From: an uncultured delta proteobacterium
GTDB lineage: Bacteria > Myxococcota_A > Polyangia > Fen-1088
Direction of reading: 5' to 3'
DNA: 64,000 nt
NCBI GenBank assembly: GCA_963767925.1
Contig: CAVYGB010000008.1
Span: 800,001-864,000 of the forward strand
A program made the position numbers and the translations under genes. Shown piece after piece: positions 27,729 through 38,142 of this stretch. The notes under the pieces were generated by a model. It worked only from the letters and a program-made list of their open reading frames with translations. It did no database searches and was not told the DNA's origin. Each line of letters opens with the position of its first letter. Position 1 is the stretch's first letter.

Positions 27729-28790
27729 CTACTGTCCCAACAATGCGTAAATAACCGTTGCAGCGGCCACCAACGCAAAAATCGCAGCGACGACCAATGG
27801 CGATCGCCCGCGAGGCAGTCTCAAATCGTCGGTCATGTCGGGTTGCGGATGGTCCGAGCGCACGCTGGACGTGTCGCTGGGCAAGGTGAAAAGCGCCCGT
27901 GTGAGGCGAGGAAGTTGCCCTCCGAGTCGTTTGTGAATGCGCAGGAGGGCAGGGGCCAATTCCTCGAACGTCGAGCGTCCGTCGCGGTCCTTGTCCATGG
28001 TCGCCCGTATCAGCAGGGCCAGCTCATCGTCGATGCCGGACACGCCCGCCTCGCGGGGATCGGGCACCGGTGCGGAGATGTGAGCCTGCATGATCTCGAC
28101 GTACTGTTTGACCTCGGTCTTGCCCGAGGAGCGGTAAGGCGGTCGCCCGGTCAGCAGGTGGTGCAACGTGCACCCGAGCGCGTACACGTCGGCGCGTTCG
28201 TCGAGGGCCTCACCTCGGGCCTGTTCGGGGGCGATGTAGTCCGCTGTCCCCACCACGAACCCCCGCGCGGTCAGGTGCCGATCGATGGCGTGGGATTTGG
28301 CGAGGCTGAAGTCGGTCACCTTGAGCACCCCCTGGGCGGAGATGCCGAGGTTGGCCGGCTTGACGTCGCGGTGGATGATCTTCGCGCGGGCGGCCTCGCC
28401 CAGGCCCGCCGCCGCCTGGGCCCCGATCAGGGCCACCACGCCGCTCGGCAGGGGGCCCTGTTCGAGCATCAGCTTCTCGGTGTCGCCGCCCTCGAGCAGC
28501 TCCATGGCGAAGTAGGGTCGCTGCTTGTCCCCCACGAACCCGGACTCGTAGACCGTGATGAGGTTGGGGTGATTGAGGCGGGCCAGGGCCCTGGCCTCGC
28601 GCAGGAACCGTTCGCGCACCGTCTCGTCGGCGAGGTGCTTGATCCCCAGCAGCTTGATGGCGGCGCGGCGACTCAGGCTATCGTCGACCGCCAGGAAAAC
28701 CTCGCCCATGGCTCCGTTGCCGATGGGGCGCAAGATGCGATAACGCCCCACCAGCTCTCCGGCCGCGATGGTGGGTGGATTGGGATCCAT
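27729..28790 (-). CDS. Membrane-anchored Ser/Thr protein kinase
   Basis: IGNGAMGEV, AAIK, HRDVKPAN, DFS (for DFG), GTADYIAPEQ, C-terminal TM. Confidence 0.92.
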   Translation of the reverse strand: MDPNPPTIAAGELVGRYRILRPIGNGAMGEVFLAVDDSLSRRAAIKLLGIKHLADETVRERFLREARALARLNHPNLITVYESGFVGDKQRPYFAMELLEGGDTEKLMLEQGPLPSGVVALIGAQAAAGLGEAARAKIIHRDVKPANLGISAQGVLKVTDFSLAKSHAIDRHLTARGFVVGTADYIAPEQARGEALDERADVYALGCTLHHLLTGRPPYRSSGKTEVKQYVEIMQAHISAPVPDPREAGVSGIDDELALLIRATMDKDRDGRSTFEELAPALLRIHKRLGGQLPRLTRALFTLPSDTSSVRSDHPQPDMTDDLRLPRGRSPLVVAAIFALVAAATVIYALLGQ

Positions 28791-30199
28791 CAGGCCGGCT
28801 CGGAGTCGTCCTCGGCGTAATTCTCGAAGCGCGTGTACTCCCGGATGAAGGTGAGGGGGACCGAGCCGGTCGGTCCGTGGCGATGTTTCCCCACGATCAG
28901 CTCGGCCTTTCCCTTCTCGGCCGACTCGGTGTTGTACATCTCGTCCCGGTGGATGAAGACGATCATGTCGGCGTCCTGCTCGATGGCCCCCGACTCGCGC
29001 AGGTCGGAGAGCTGGGGGCGCTTGTCCTCGCGCTTCTCCAGACCGCGGTTGAGCTGGGACACGGCGATGATCGGGATCTTGAGGTCCTTGGCCAGCGCCT
29101 TCAGGCCCCGGGAGATGTCGGCGATCTCGCGCTCGCGCGATTCGTCACGCCGGCCGGTGGCCCCCCGGGCGAGCTGGAGGTAGTCGACGACGACCAGGCC
29201 CAGGCGCTTGCCCCCGTTCTCGTCGATGGGGGGGAAATACCGGATATCGCTCCGGAAGCGCCGGCACTTGGCCCGGATGTCGAGGATGGTGGGGGCGCCC
29301 GAGTCGTCGATGAGGATGGGTGCCTGTGCGATACGGTTGCCGGCCGGGTAGATCCGGTTCTTCCAGTCGCTGTATTCGATCTGGCCCCGCTTGAGGCGGG
29401 CCGAGTCGATGCGGGCCTCCCCCGCCAGCATGCGCTCCATCAATTCGAACTTCGACATTTCGAGGGAGAAGATGAGCACCGGCATCTTGTGGAGGAGGGC
29501 GGCGTTCATGGCCACGTTGACCGCCCAGCTCGTCTTGCCCACGCCGGGGCGGGCGGCGACGACGATCAGGTTCTCCGGCTGCAGCCCGGCGGTCATGACG
29601 TCGAACTTGGTGAACCCGGTCGGGACACCGGTGACCTCCTTGCGCTCCCGGGCCCGCTCCTCGATGCTCTCGAGGACCTCGCCCATCATCTCGCCGACGG
29701 TCGAGTAGCTCTCCTTGCGAGTCTGCTGGGCGACCTTGAAGATGGCGTTTTCGGCCTCGTCGAGGAACTCCTCGTAGTTGCCGAACTCGCCGTAGGCCCG
29801 GGACTGCACCTCGGCGCAGGCGGTGATGAGCCGGCGCAGGGTGGACTTCTCCTTGACCAGCCTGACGTAGTGCTCGATGTTCTCCGCCGTCGGGACGGCG
29901 TTGGCGAGCGCGACCAGGTAGCTCTCGCCCCCCTCGAGCCGGGGCAGGGCCCCCCGCACCTTCAGCTCGTCCGCCAGGGAGATGATGTCGATGGGCTGGC
30001 GCCGGCGATCGATGGCCACCATGGCCTCGAACACCTCGCGGTGGGCGGGAACGAAGAAGTCGTCGGCGACCAGCGCTGTCACCAGGTCGTCGATCGCCGA
30101 CGGCTTCACGAGCACGCCGCCCAGGGCGGAGCGCTCTGCGTCCAGGTTCTGGGGCGGCGTGCGTCCGGAGCCCGCCGCTCCTGCCGCGATGTCCCCCAT
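28790..30199 (-). CDS. dnaB: Replicative DNA helicase
   Basis: AARPGVGKT, FSLEM, VVDYLQL, SQLNR, SDLRESGAIEQDAD. Confidence 0.97.
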   Translation of the reverse strand: MGDIAAGAAGSGRTPPQNLDAERSALGGVLVKPSAIDDLVTALVADDFFVPAHREVFEAMVAIDRRRQPIDIISLADELKVRGALPRLEGGESYLVALANAVPTAENIEHYVRLVKEKSTLRRLITACAEVQSRAYGEFGNYEEFLDEAENAIFKVAQQTRKESYSTVGEMMGEVLESIEERARERKEVTGVPTGFTKFDVMTAGLQPENLIVVAARPGVGKTSWAVNVAMNAALLHKMPVLIFSLEMSKFELMERMLAGEARIDSARLKRGQIEYSDWKNRIYPAGNRIAQAPILIDDSGAPTILDIRAKCRRFRSDIRYFPPIDENGGKRLGLVVVDYLQLARGATGRRDESREREIADISRGLKALAKDLKIPIIAVSQLNRGLEKREDKRPQLSDLRESGAIEQDADMIVFIHRDEMYNTESAEKGKAELIVGKHRHGPTGSVPLTFIREYTRFENYAEDDSEPA

Positions 30200-30218
30200 T
30201 GAACCCTTTGTGAGGAGG

Positions 30219-30665
30219 TTACTCCTTCTTGACGACGTGGACCTTGATGGTTGGCGACAGGTTGTGACCCAGCTTGACCGGCACCTCGGTCGTGCCGAGG
30301 GCCTTGATCGGCTCGGCGAGCTGCAGCTTCTTGCTGTCGATGGCCACCCCTTGCGCCTTCAAGGCGTCGGCGATGTCCCGGGTGGTGACCGAGCCGTAGA
30401 GGCGGTCCCCTTCACCCACCGAGGCGGTGATGGTGACCGACACCTGGCTGATCCGGTCGGCCTGGGCCGACAGATCCTTGGCCAGCTTGGCGGCCCGGGC
30501 GGCGATGACCCGCTTGTCGTGCTCGAAGCGGGCCACGTCCTTCTCGCTGGCGATCATGGCCAGGCCCCGGGGCAGCAGGTAGTTGCGCCCGTAGCCTTCG
30601 CGCACGGTGACCACCTCGCCGGCCTGGCCCAGCTTGTCCAGATTCTCTCTCAGGATGATACGCAT
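30219..30665 (-). CDS. rplI: 50S ribosomal protein L9
   Basis: GYGRNYLLPRG, LYGSVT. Confidence 0.97.
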   Translation of the reverse strand: MRIILRENLDKLGQAGEVVTVREGYGRNYLLPRGLAMIASEKDVARFEHDKRVIAARAAKLAKDLSAQADRISQVSVTITASVGEGDRLYGSVTTRDIADALKAQGVAIDSKKLQLAEPIKALGTTEVPVKLGHNLSPTIKVHVVKKE

Positions 30666-30678
30666 GTGACGACTCCGA

Positions 30679-30951
30679 TCAGGTCCCGGTGACCGAGAAG
30701 GGCATGAGGGCGATCATGCGCGCCCGGTTGACGGCGGTGGCGATGGCTCGCTGGTGCTTGGCGCAGTTGCCCGACAGCCGCCGCGGGACCAGCTTGCCCC
30801 GATCGGTGATGAAGTACTTCAGGAGGCTGGCGTCCTTGTAGTCGATCTTGATGTTGACGTCCGCGCAGAACTTGCAGCTCCGCCGCCGGCCCATGGGCTT
30901 GCGCTTGGCGTCGCCGTCGTCGCGTTCGGTCTCTTTCTCTTTGTCTTTCAT
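30679..30951 (-). CDS. rpsR: 30S ribosomal protein S18 (Cys-containing form)
   Basis: CKFC, IDYKD, GKLVPRR, CAKHQR. Confidence 0.97.
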   Translation of the reverse strand: MKDKEKETERDDGDAKRKPMGRRRSCKFCADVNIKIDYKDASLLKYFITDRGKLVPRRLSGNCAKHQRAIATAVNRARMIALMPFSVTGT

Positions 30952-30962
30952 GGCCCTGTTCC

Positions 30963-31490
30963 TTAGTCCTTGCGACGCGGCTCATCGGCCGATCCGAAGA
31001 CGGCCTCCTCGAAGTCGAAGCCGCCTTCTTCTTCTTCCTCACCGAACGTGCGCACGCCGGCCTGACCGGTGGCGATGGCTTCCTCGTCGGGTCCGGGGAC
31101 CGACGCGCTGGCGAACGTCTCGTCGGTGACCGCGGTGGTCCGCGTGGTGGCGTCGACGTTCTCGGCGACCCGCACCGAGTAGTAGCGGATCACGGAGTCG
31201 GACAGCCGCAGGTTGCGCTCGATCTCTTCGACCAGGCCGGCGGGCCCCAGGTAGTTGAAGAAGAGGTACACGCCCTTGAGGTTCTTTTTCACCTCGTAGG
31301 CCAGCTTGCGGCGGCCCCAGTTCTCGACCTTGAGGAGGTTGCCACCTCCCGCTTCGATGACGCCGCGGACCTTGTTGTTGACGGTCGAGATGCCGTCGTT
31401 GCTGATGTCGGGCCGCAGAATGTAAGTGGTCTCGTATTCACGTTTCCGGCCGGCGATGTCCCGGCTGGATCCGAGGATCCTGTTTGCCAT
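30963..31490 (-). CDS. rpsF: 30S ribosomal protein S6
   Basis: [24 protein letters not shown]. Confidence 0.95.
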   Translation of the reverse strand: MANRILGSSRDIAGRKREYETTYILRPDISNDGISTVNNKVRGVIEAGGGNLLKVENWGRRKLAYEVKKNLKGVYLFFNYLGPAGLVEEIERNLRLSDSVIRYYSVRVAENVDATTRTTAVTDETFASASVPGPDEEAIATGQAGVRTFGEEEEEGGFDFEEAVFGSADEPRRKD

Positions 31491-31546
31491 GTGTCTCTCC
31501 CCGTGGGCGAATGGCCCGGAGCGCGAGTCCCCGGGCAAGGAGTGGG
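31491..31546 (-). promoter_or_regulatory. Putative S6:S18 ribosomal protein leader
   Basis: Leader CUCCUUG-CCCGG..CCGGG-CCAUUCGCCCAC-GGGGAG: anti-SD can pair with the SD around an inner hairpin. Confidence 0.55.
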
Positions 31547-31547
31547 T

Positions 31548-32129
31548 TCAGTTGTCGTTGGTTTTCGGTCGTTTTTTGTTGAAGCGATTCATGGCCGCCA
31601 GCAGCCCCTGTTGCGCCAGGATCTGCACGGCCTCGGTGGCCTCGGCGACCACCAGCGGAAGCTCGTCGGCCTCCTCCCGGGAGAAGCCGCCCAGCACGCG
31701 CCGGGAGGCGTCTTCCGCCTGGTGGGGCCGGCCGATCCCCACCCGCACCCGGAAGAAGTCCCGCCCCATCGTGCCGACGATGGAGCGCATCCCGTTGTGG
31801 CCACCGTGACCGCCACCGCCGGCCAGCCGGAGCTGGCCGAAGGGGAGGTCGAGGTCGTCGTAGACCACGATCAGGTGGTCGGGCGCAATCTTCCAGAACC
31901 CCGCCACCCGCCCGACCGCCTCGCCGCTGAGGTTCATGAACTCCATGGGCTTGCAGAGGAGCAGGCGTTCGGCGCCGAGCTTGCCTTCCCGGACCTCGGC
32001 GCCGAGCTTGGCCCGCGGGGGGGGTGCCCCCGATCGGGCCGCGAGCTCGTCGACCACCATGAAGCCCAGGTTGTGGCGGGTTCGCTCGTATTCGCTGCCG
32101 GGGTTGCCGAGCCCGACCACCAGCCACAT
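31548..32129 (-). CDS. pth: Peptidyl-tRNA hydrolase
   Basis: VGLGNPG, TRHNLGF, FMNLSG, GGHNG. Confidence 0.97.
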   Translation of the reverse strand: MWLVVGLGNPGSEYERTRHNLGFMVVDELAARSGAPPPRAKLGAEVREGKLGAERLLLCKPMEFMNLSGEAVGRVAGFWKIAPDHLIVVYDDLDLPFGQLRLAGGGGHGGHNGMRSIVGTMGRDFFRVRVGIGRPHQAEDASRRVLGGFSREEADELPLVVAEATEAVQILAQQGLLAAMNRFNKKRPKTNDN

Positions 32130-32144
32130 CCGGGCACGTCCCTC

Positions 32145-32876
32145 TTACTTGCCTTTCTTCTCTTTCTCTTCCTTGCCGCCGGCTGCTGCCGGAGCGGCCC
32201 CCTTCTCCCCTTCCTTCTTGCCGCCGGCGGCCGCAGCCGCACCCTCGGCGGGAGCCGCCGCTGCGGCTTCGGCTGCCGCGGTGGCAGCGGCCTCTTCGGC
32301 CTTGTCCTGGCGCGGCGCCACGACCGACGCGAGGCTGGACTTGGGGTCCAGCAAGGCGCGGATGCCGGCGGCGAGCTTGAGGTCGCTGACGTGGACGGCC
32401 TGTCCGATGCTCAGCCCCGACACGTCGTATTCGATGCGCAGGGGGATGTCGCCTGGCTTGGCGGCGATGGCGATGTCGTGGGTGGCCTGGTGCAGGTTGC
32501 CGCCGTTGACCACCCCGACCGGGGTGCCCTTGAGCAGCAGGGGGACCTTCACCTTGACCTCCTGGTCGAGGTTCACCCGCTGGAAGTCCACGTGGACGAT
32601 CTTGCGCGACAGGGGGTGGAACTGGACCTCGCGGACCATCGCGGTGATCTCGCCCTTGGCGGCCCCATCGCCTGACAGCTTGAGGGAGAACACCGTGTTC
32701 CGGCGGCGTTCCTTGTCCATCGAGCGCACGAGCGCCAGCGGATCGAGGGCCAGCGAGACGGGCTGCTCGCGCTGGCCGTAGAGCACGCCGGGGACCTTGC
32801 CCCCGGCCCGGGTGCGGCGGGCGTTGCCCTTGCCAATGGTCTGACGAATCTCCACGTCGACTTTCGCAAAATCCAT
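32145..32876 (-). CDS. rplY: 50S ribosomal protein L25 / Ctc
   Basis: VPGVLYG, VQFHP, HVDF, Ala/Glu/Lys-rich tail. Confidence 0.95.
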   Translation of the reverse strand: MDFAKVDVEIRQTIGKGNARRTRAGGKVPGVLYGQREQPVSLALDPLALVRSMDKERRRNTVFSLKLSGDGAAKGEITAMVREVQFHPLSRKIVHVDFQRVNLDQEVKVKVPLLLKGTPVGVVNGGNLHQATHDIAIAAKPGDIPLRIEYDVSGLSIGQAVHVSDLKLAAGIRALLDPKSSLASVVAPRQDKAEEAAATAAAEAAAAAPAEGAAAAAGGKKEGEKGAAPAAAGGKEEKEKKGK

Positions 32877-32907
32877 TTCGGCGGTCCTTCTCCTACGGGC
32901 TGGCGTT

Positions 32908-33849
<942 letters not shown>

Positions 33850-33996
33850 GACGGTGAGCTTCGCGAACGGCGCCCGGGAGGTCTCGGGCGGCGCGCCGAA
33901 GGGGCGAATACTGTCATTTTGATTGTAGATTTGTCAACGCACAGGCAAATGCCGTGCCGCTTCCACAGGGCCTCGGCACCATGGTAAGAGGGCGCG

Positions 33997-34287
33997 GTGT
34001 ATGTCCTACGTTCCGCTCTCCTGCTCTGCCTGCTGGCCGGCTGCTACAAGCAGCCCGCCATCCCGCGCGACCGACCCCTCTCCTGCGCCTCCGACGATCC
34101 GGCGGAGTGCCCGGACGGGTTCGTGTGTGTCGACGACCGGATCTGTGCGCCGCAAGAGTGCGAGATGAACGAGGAATGCCCGCAAGACCTGGTCTGTGGC
34201 GGCCGCGCCGGGTGCGTCACGCCAGGCTCCCTCAGCGAGGCCGACGGCGGCAGCGACGCCGGCTCCGACCTGGGCGGTGGCTCGTGA
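33997..34287 (+). CDS. Small Cys-rich lipoprotein
   Basis: Lipobox LAGC; repeated C-P-x-x-x-V-C motifs. Confidence 0.7.
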   Translation: MYVLRSALLLCLLAGCYKQPAIPRDRPLSCASDDPAECPDGFVCVDDRICAPQECEMNEECPQDLVCGGRAGCVTPGSLSEADGGSDAGSDLGGGS

Positions 34288-34700
34288 AACGGCTGGCAGC
34301 GCTTGTGACGTTGGGGGCCCTGCTCGCCGCCGGCTGCAGCAGTGCGCCGGGCGTGCGCAGCCGCTCGCTGGCCAAGGGCCTGCTGCTGGCCCTGACGGCG
34401 GCGGCGGCCGGCGGGCTGGCCGTGTCGGCCGTCAAGTCGGACAAGCTGGGGAAGGATCTCCGCGACGACGTCGCCGCCGGGACGGTGAGCGGCCGCGACT
34501 TCGCCCGGCGGGACGGGGAGGGGGCGCGCTGGAACCGGGCCGCCCGGGCCTCGGCCTTCGTGGGTGGGCTGGCCCTGGTGGGGCTGGTGATCACCTGGCA
34601 GATGGGCCTGGCCGATCGGTACCAGTTCGGCCCGGCCGAGCAGCCGAGCGTACCGCCCATCTATCCGGCTGGCAGCCCCCCGGCCGGGGCGGCCAAGTGA
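34284..34700 (+). CDS. Hypothetical membrane lipoprotein
   Basis: GTGA overlap with the previous gene; LLAAGC lipobox; two hydrophobic segments. Confidence 0.6.
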   Translation: MKRLAALVTLGALLAAGCSSAPGVRSRSLAKGLLLALTAAAAGGLAVSAVKSDKLGKDLRDDVAAGTVSGRDFARRDGEGARWNRAARASAFVGGLALVGLVITWQMGLADRYQFGPAEQPSVPPIYPAGSPPAGAAK

Positions 34701-34710
34701 GCGCCCACCT

Positions 34711-36803
34711 TCAGAGCTGAGCGAAGGCCAGATAGAACTTGTTGTTGCCGTCGTCGAGGACGCGCAGCGACCCGCGGGCGTCTGCCGGGAGCAGGCCCTC
34801 GAGGGTGGTCCAGCGGGTCTTCTCGACGATGAAGAAGACCCGCTTGCCCCGGTTGCGGCCCAGGAAGGCCTGCAGGTTCTCCTGGTTCCGGTCGCCGAGG
34901 AAGACCGTGCGGCCGTCGGGTGAGCCCGTGTAGATCTCGTTTCTCGTGTAAAAGGTCTCGCCCCGCCAGTACATCTGCCAGGCCACCAGGCGCTCCTCGG
35001 GGGAGCGGCGGAGCTGGTAGTACTTGGCGATGAGCGGCTTTTGCGACCAGTGGGCGGCGGTGGCCGGCAAGTAGCGGTCGAGCAGGAAGTAGTTGAAGGT
35101 GACGGCGGCGGCCGCCAGCCCCAGCGCCCCCACGAAGCGCGTCCGCCGGATCGCCAGCAGCGCCACCGTCAGGCCGAACAGGAGGGACCAGCCCACGATC
35201 GGCGTCCGGAAGTCGAGCTCGGCCGGCCAGGGGCGGCCCTGGGGCGCGTTCACGTAGTCGTAGGAGAACAGCCAGATGAAGAGCTGGGCGCTCTGGGGCG
35301 AGCGGACGAGGTCGTGGGTGACGAGGGCCAGCAGGGGCAGGCCGACCAGCGCGGCCGCCGCCGCCACCCGCTGGCGGCCGGGCCGGAGGACGTCGTCGAG
35401 GAAGCAGCCGACCACCAGCGCCAAACCGGGCAGCGCGGGCAAGATGTAATGGTGGAACTTGGTCATCGAGAGCGAGACAACCGCGTAGGCCGAGACGAAC
35501 CAGATCGCCCCCAGCCAGTAGACCTCCTGCCGGCGGGTGCGGGCGGCGTCCGAGCCGCCCGGGGTGGCCGGGATCCGCCGCGCCACCACCCAGACCAGCG
35601 CCGATGGGATGAGCGCGATCCAGGGCAGGGCGGCGTAGCCGATCTCGCGCAGGAAGTACTCGAAGGTGCCCCGATCGCCGTGCCGGCCCATGACCAGCCG
35701 GCGCCAGTGGTTGTCTCCGTAGAGCTCCTCCCAGAAGGGCATCCCGTGCCGGGCCAGCATCACGTGGTGCCAGGGGATGGCCACCACGGCGCAGCCCAGG
35801 AGCGCGACGAGCACCCCGTAGCCGAGCTGGGCCCTTCCGAGCCGCCGCCAGTTCCAGGTGAAGAACAGATAGGCCAGGAACACGATGACCGGCAGCCCCA
35901 GGCCGGCCAGGCCCTTGGCCAGGATGGCCAGCGCGCAGAGGACGCCGGCGATGTAGAGGTAGAGGGGCGCCTTCTTGCGGGTGCGCGCCGCCCAGTAGCC
36001 GAAGGCGATGAAGCCGGCGAAGTAGGGCAACATCAGCACGACGCCCGGGATGTTCAGGGCCCGCTGGCGCAAGAAGCGGGGCGTCCAGGTGACGGTGGCG
36101 GCGTCGACGATGAGCTGGGGCAGGGCGCAGACGACGAACAGGCCGAGCCCCAGGTAAAACAGGGGATGGTGGGGCCAGGACAGCCGGCCGCCAGCTCCGG
36201 CGAGGCAGGTCCTCGTCGTCCTCGTCGAAGAGGGCCAGGGTGCCCAGGGCCAGGGCCAGGGTCATGGGCCCGACGAAGGGCATGTCGGTCATGGCCTGGC
36301 GGGCGACCAGGCTGAACATGGGGCAGGTGCGCCAGGACGACGACCGAAAACAGCGCTGCCCGCCGGCTGACCAGCCGGGAGGCGACGAGGTAGACGCCGT
36401 AGAGGGCCAGCAGCGCCATCAGGCAAAACGGCAGCCGCAGGGCCCATTCGGCCGCCGTTCCCACCGCCATCTCCGAGGGAAGCCCGCCGCTCTCGCCCAG
36501 CCCGAACAGGTGCATCGACAGGCTCATCAGCCAGAAGGTCAGGACCGGCTTGGACCAGAAGTGTTCGCCGTCGAGCGGCGAGCCGGGCCAATACAGGCTG
36601 ACGAAGTCGTTGCGCTCGGTCATCTGGCGAGCCACCTCGCCGTAGTGGGTCTCCCAGGGATCGAACAGGCCGTAGCTGCCGGCGAAGGGCAGGTAGAGCA
36701 GCAGGCCGAACAGCAGGACCGCTGCCGTGAGCTGGCGCTCGGACAGCCGCTGCAGCCAGCAGGACGAGGAGGGTGGGGCGCTCGGAGAGGGGGGGGTGGA
36801 CAT
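34711..36803 (-). CDS. ArnT/PMT-like GT-C membrane glycosyltransferase (indels)
   Basis: LFDPWETHYGEVAR, FWSKP, MTDMPF, LAKG, TKFHHYILP; split over three ORFs. Confidence 0.85.
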
Positions 36804-36823
36804 GCGGCCGCGAGCCCGAGAAT

Positions 36824-37102
36824 CTATTTGCGACGCCACCACCTGTGAAGGGCGAAGGCGACGGCGCCGCAGGCCAGGGCCACCGCGAGGCCGGGGCCCC
36901 AGATGGTCCGGAGCTGGGGAATCCAGTAGCGCAGGGGCGTGATCCCCGGCTGATGCCGGCGCAAGAAATCGACCTGGGCGGCCACGTAGCTGCCGACCAG
37001 GGCGAGCACCGCCAGAGTGGCCAGCACGCGCACCGCCAGGACGGCCGTCCCGGTCTCCGGCTCGGGCTCGAGCGGACCGGGCGGCCCCGACGTCGAATCC
37101 AT
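36824..37102 (-). CDS. Small hypothetical membrane protein
   Basis: 92-aa ORF with two TM segments between co-oriented genes. Confidence 0.5.
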   Translation of the reverse strand: MDSTSGPPGPLEPEPETGTAVLAVRVLATLAVLALVGSYVAAQVDFLRRHQPGITPLRYWIPQLRTIWGPGLAVALACGAVAFALHRWWRRK

Positions 37103-37113
37103 GTTCGCCGGCG

Positions 37114-38076
37114 CTACTTGGGGCTGGCCGGCGCTGGCGTCGCCGGGCTGGTGGCGGCGGGTGGGGCGGGCGGGGGGCTCGCGGGGGCCTTCACCCCTTC
37201 TTTCGCGGCCGCCCGCAGCAGGGCGAGCGCGCGGGGCGCCTCGGCGTCGAAGTCCTTGGCCCGGGCCTCGACGCTGATCCCGCCCTGGTACTTGATCTTG
37301 CGGAGGTTGTCGAAGAAGCCGGAGTAGTCGTACTCCTCGGCGGACTGGGGGAACACGCGCCCGTTCGGATTGGCGATGTGGATGTGGCGCAGCTCCTTCT
37401 TCGCCTTCACCAGGATCGACGGGTCCTCCTTCTCCGAGGCCAGGTGATAAAAATCGACCATGAGCTGGAAGTTGGGGTGACCGACCGCCTGCACCCAGGC
37501 CAGCCCCTCGGCCGCGCTGTTGATGGTGTTCGTCTCCTGGCGACGCAGGGGCTCCACCGCCACGACGACCTTGCGCTTCTTGGCCTCGGGGGCGATCCGC
37601 TTGGCGAACTCGACCAGCTGCTTCCAGGCCTCGTCCTTGGAGAAGCCGTCGGGGACCTTGCGCGAGCCACCGCTGCCGAAGACGATCACCTTCAGGCCGA
37701 GCTTGGCCGCGCGATCGAAGGCCCGGCCCACGTAGGCCATCTGGGCGGCCTTGTCGATCTCCGGTCCGACCACCTTGAGGTCGCCGGGGAGAAAGAGGTT
37801 GCCGACCGGCGTCGGGATGCCTGCCGCCTTGTGCCGCTCGACCAGCTTGGCGAAGTCCTCGTCCGAGAGGTTGGCGAAGGAGCGGACCGGCAGCTCGACG
37901 TAGTCGAAGCCGGCCTTCTTGGCCTTGTCGAGGTCGTCGGTGCAGTACCCGATCGTCACCTTGTCCGCGGCGGGAGCTGGCCGCGCGGCGAAAACGATCC
38001 CGAGCCCCAAAATCAGCGGGATGACCAGCGGGACGGCGACCAGCCTGACGCCTCGAGCGAAGATGGGATTTTTCAT
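37114..38076 (-). CDS. Sugar phosphate isomerase/epimerase (TIM barrel) with signal peptide
   Basis: GFDYVE, VFGSGGSR, VEPL, VDFYH, HIHIA, ISVE. Confidence 0.85.
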   Translation of the reverse strand: MKNPIFARGVRLVAVPLVIPLILGLGIVFAARPAPAADKVTIGYCTDDLDKAKKAGFDYVELPVRSFANLSDEDFAKLVERHKAAGIPTPVGNLFLPGDLKVVGPEIDKAAQMAYVGRAFDRAAKLGLKVIVFGSGGSRKVPDGFSKDEAWKQLVEFAKRIAPEAKKRKVVVAVEPLRRQETNTINSAAEGLAWVQAVGHPNFQLMVDFYHLASEKEDPSILVKAKKELRHIHIANPNGRVFPQSAEEYDYSGFFDNLRKIKYQGGISVEARAKDFDAEAPRALALLRAAAKEGVKAPASPPPAPPAATSPATPAPASPK

Positions 38077-38142
38077 TGCGCGGAGCGGAGTTTAACCCAG
38101 TTCTCGCCGCCCGGGGAAATCGGGTACTATCCGCGATTAGCC

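Noticed and set aside
33850..33996. tRNA-Gln expected upstream of prs
   Set aside because: No cloverleaf or T-loop consensus is visible.
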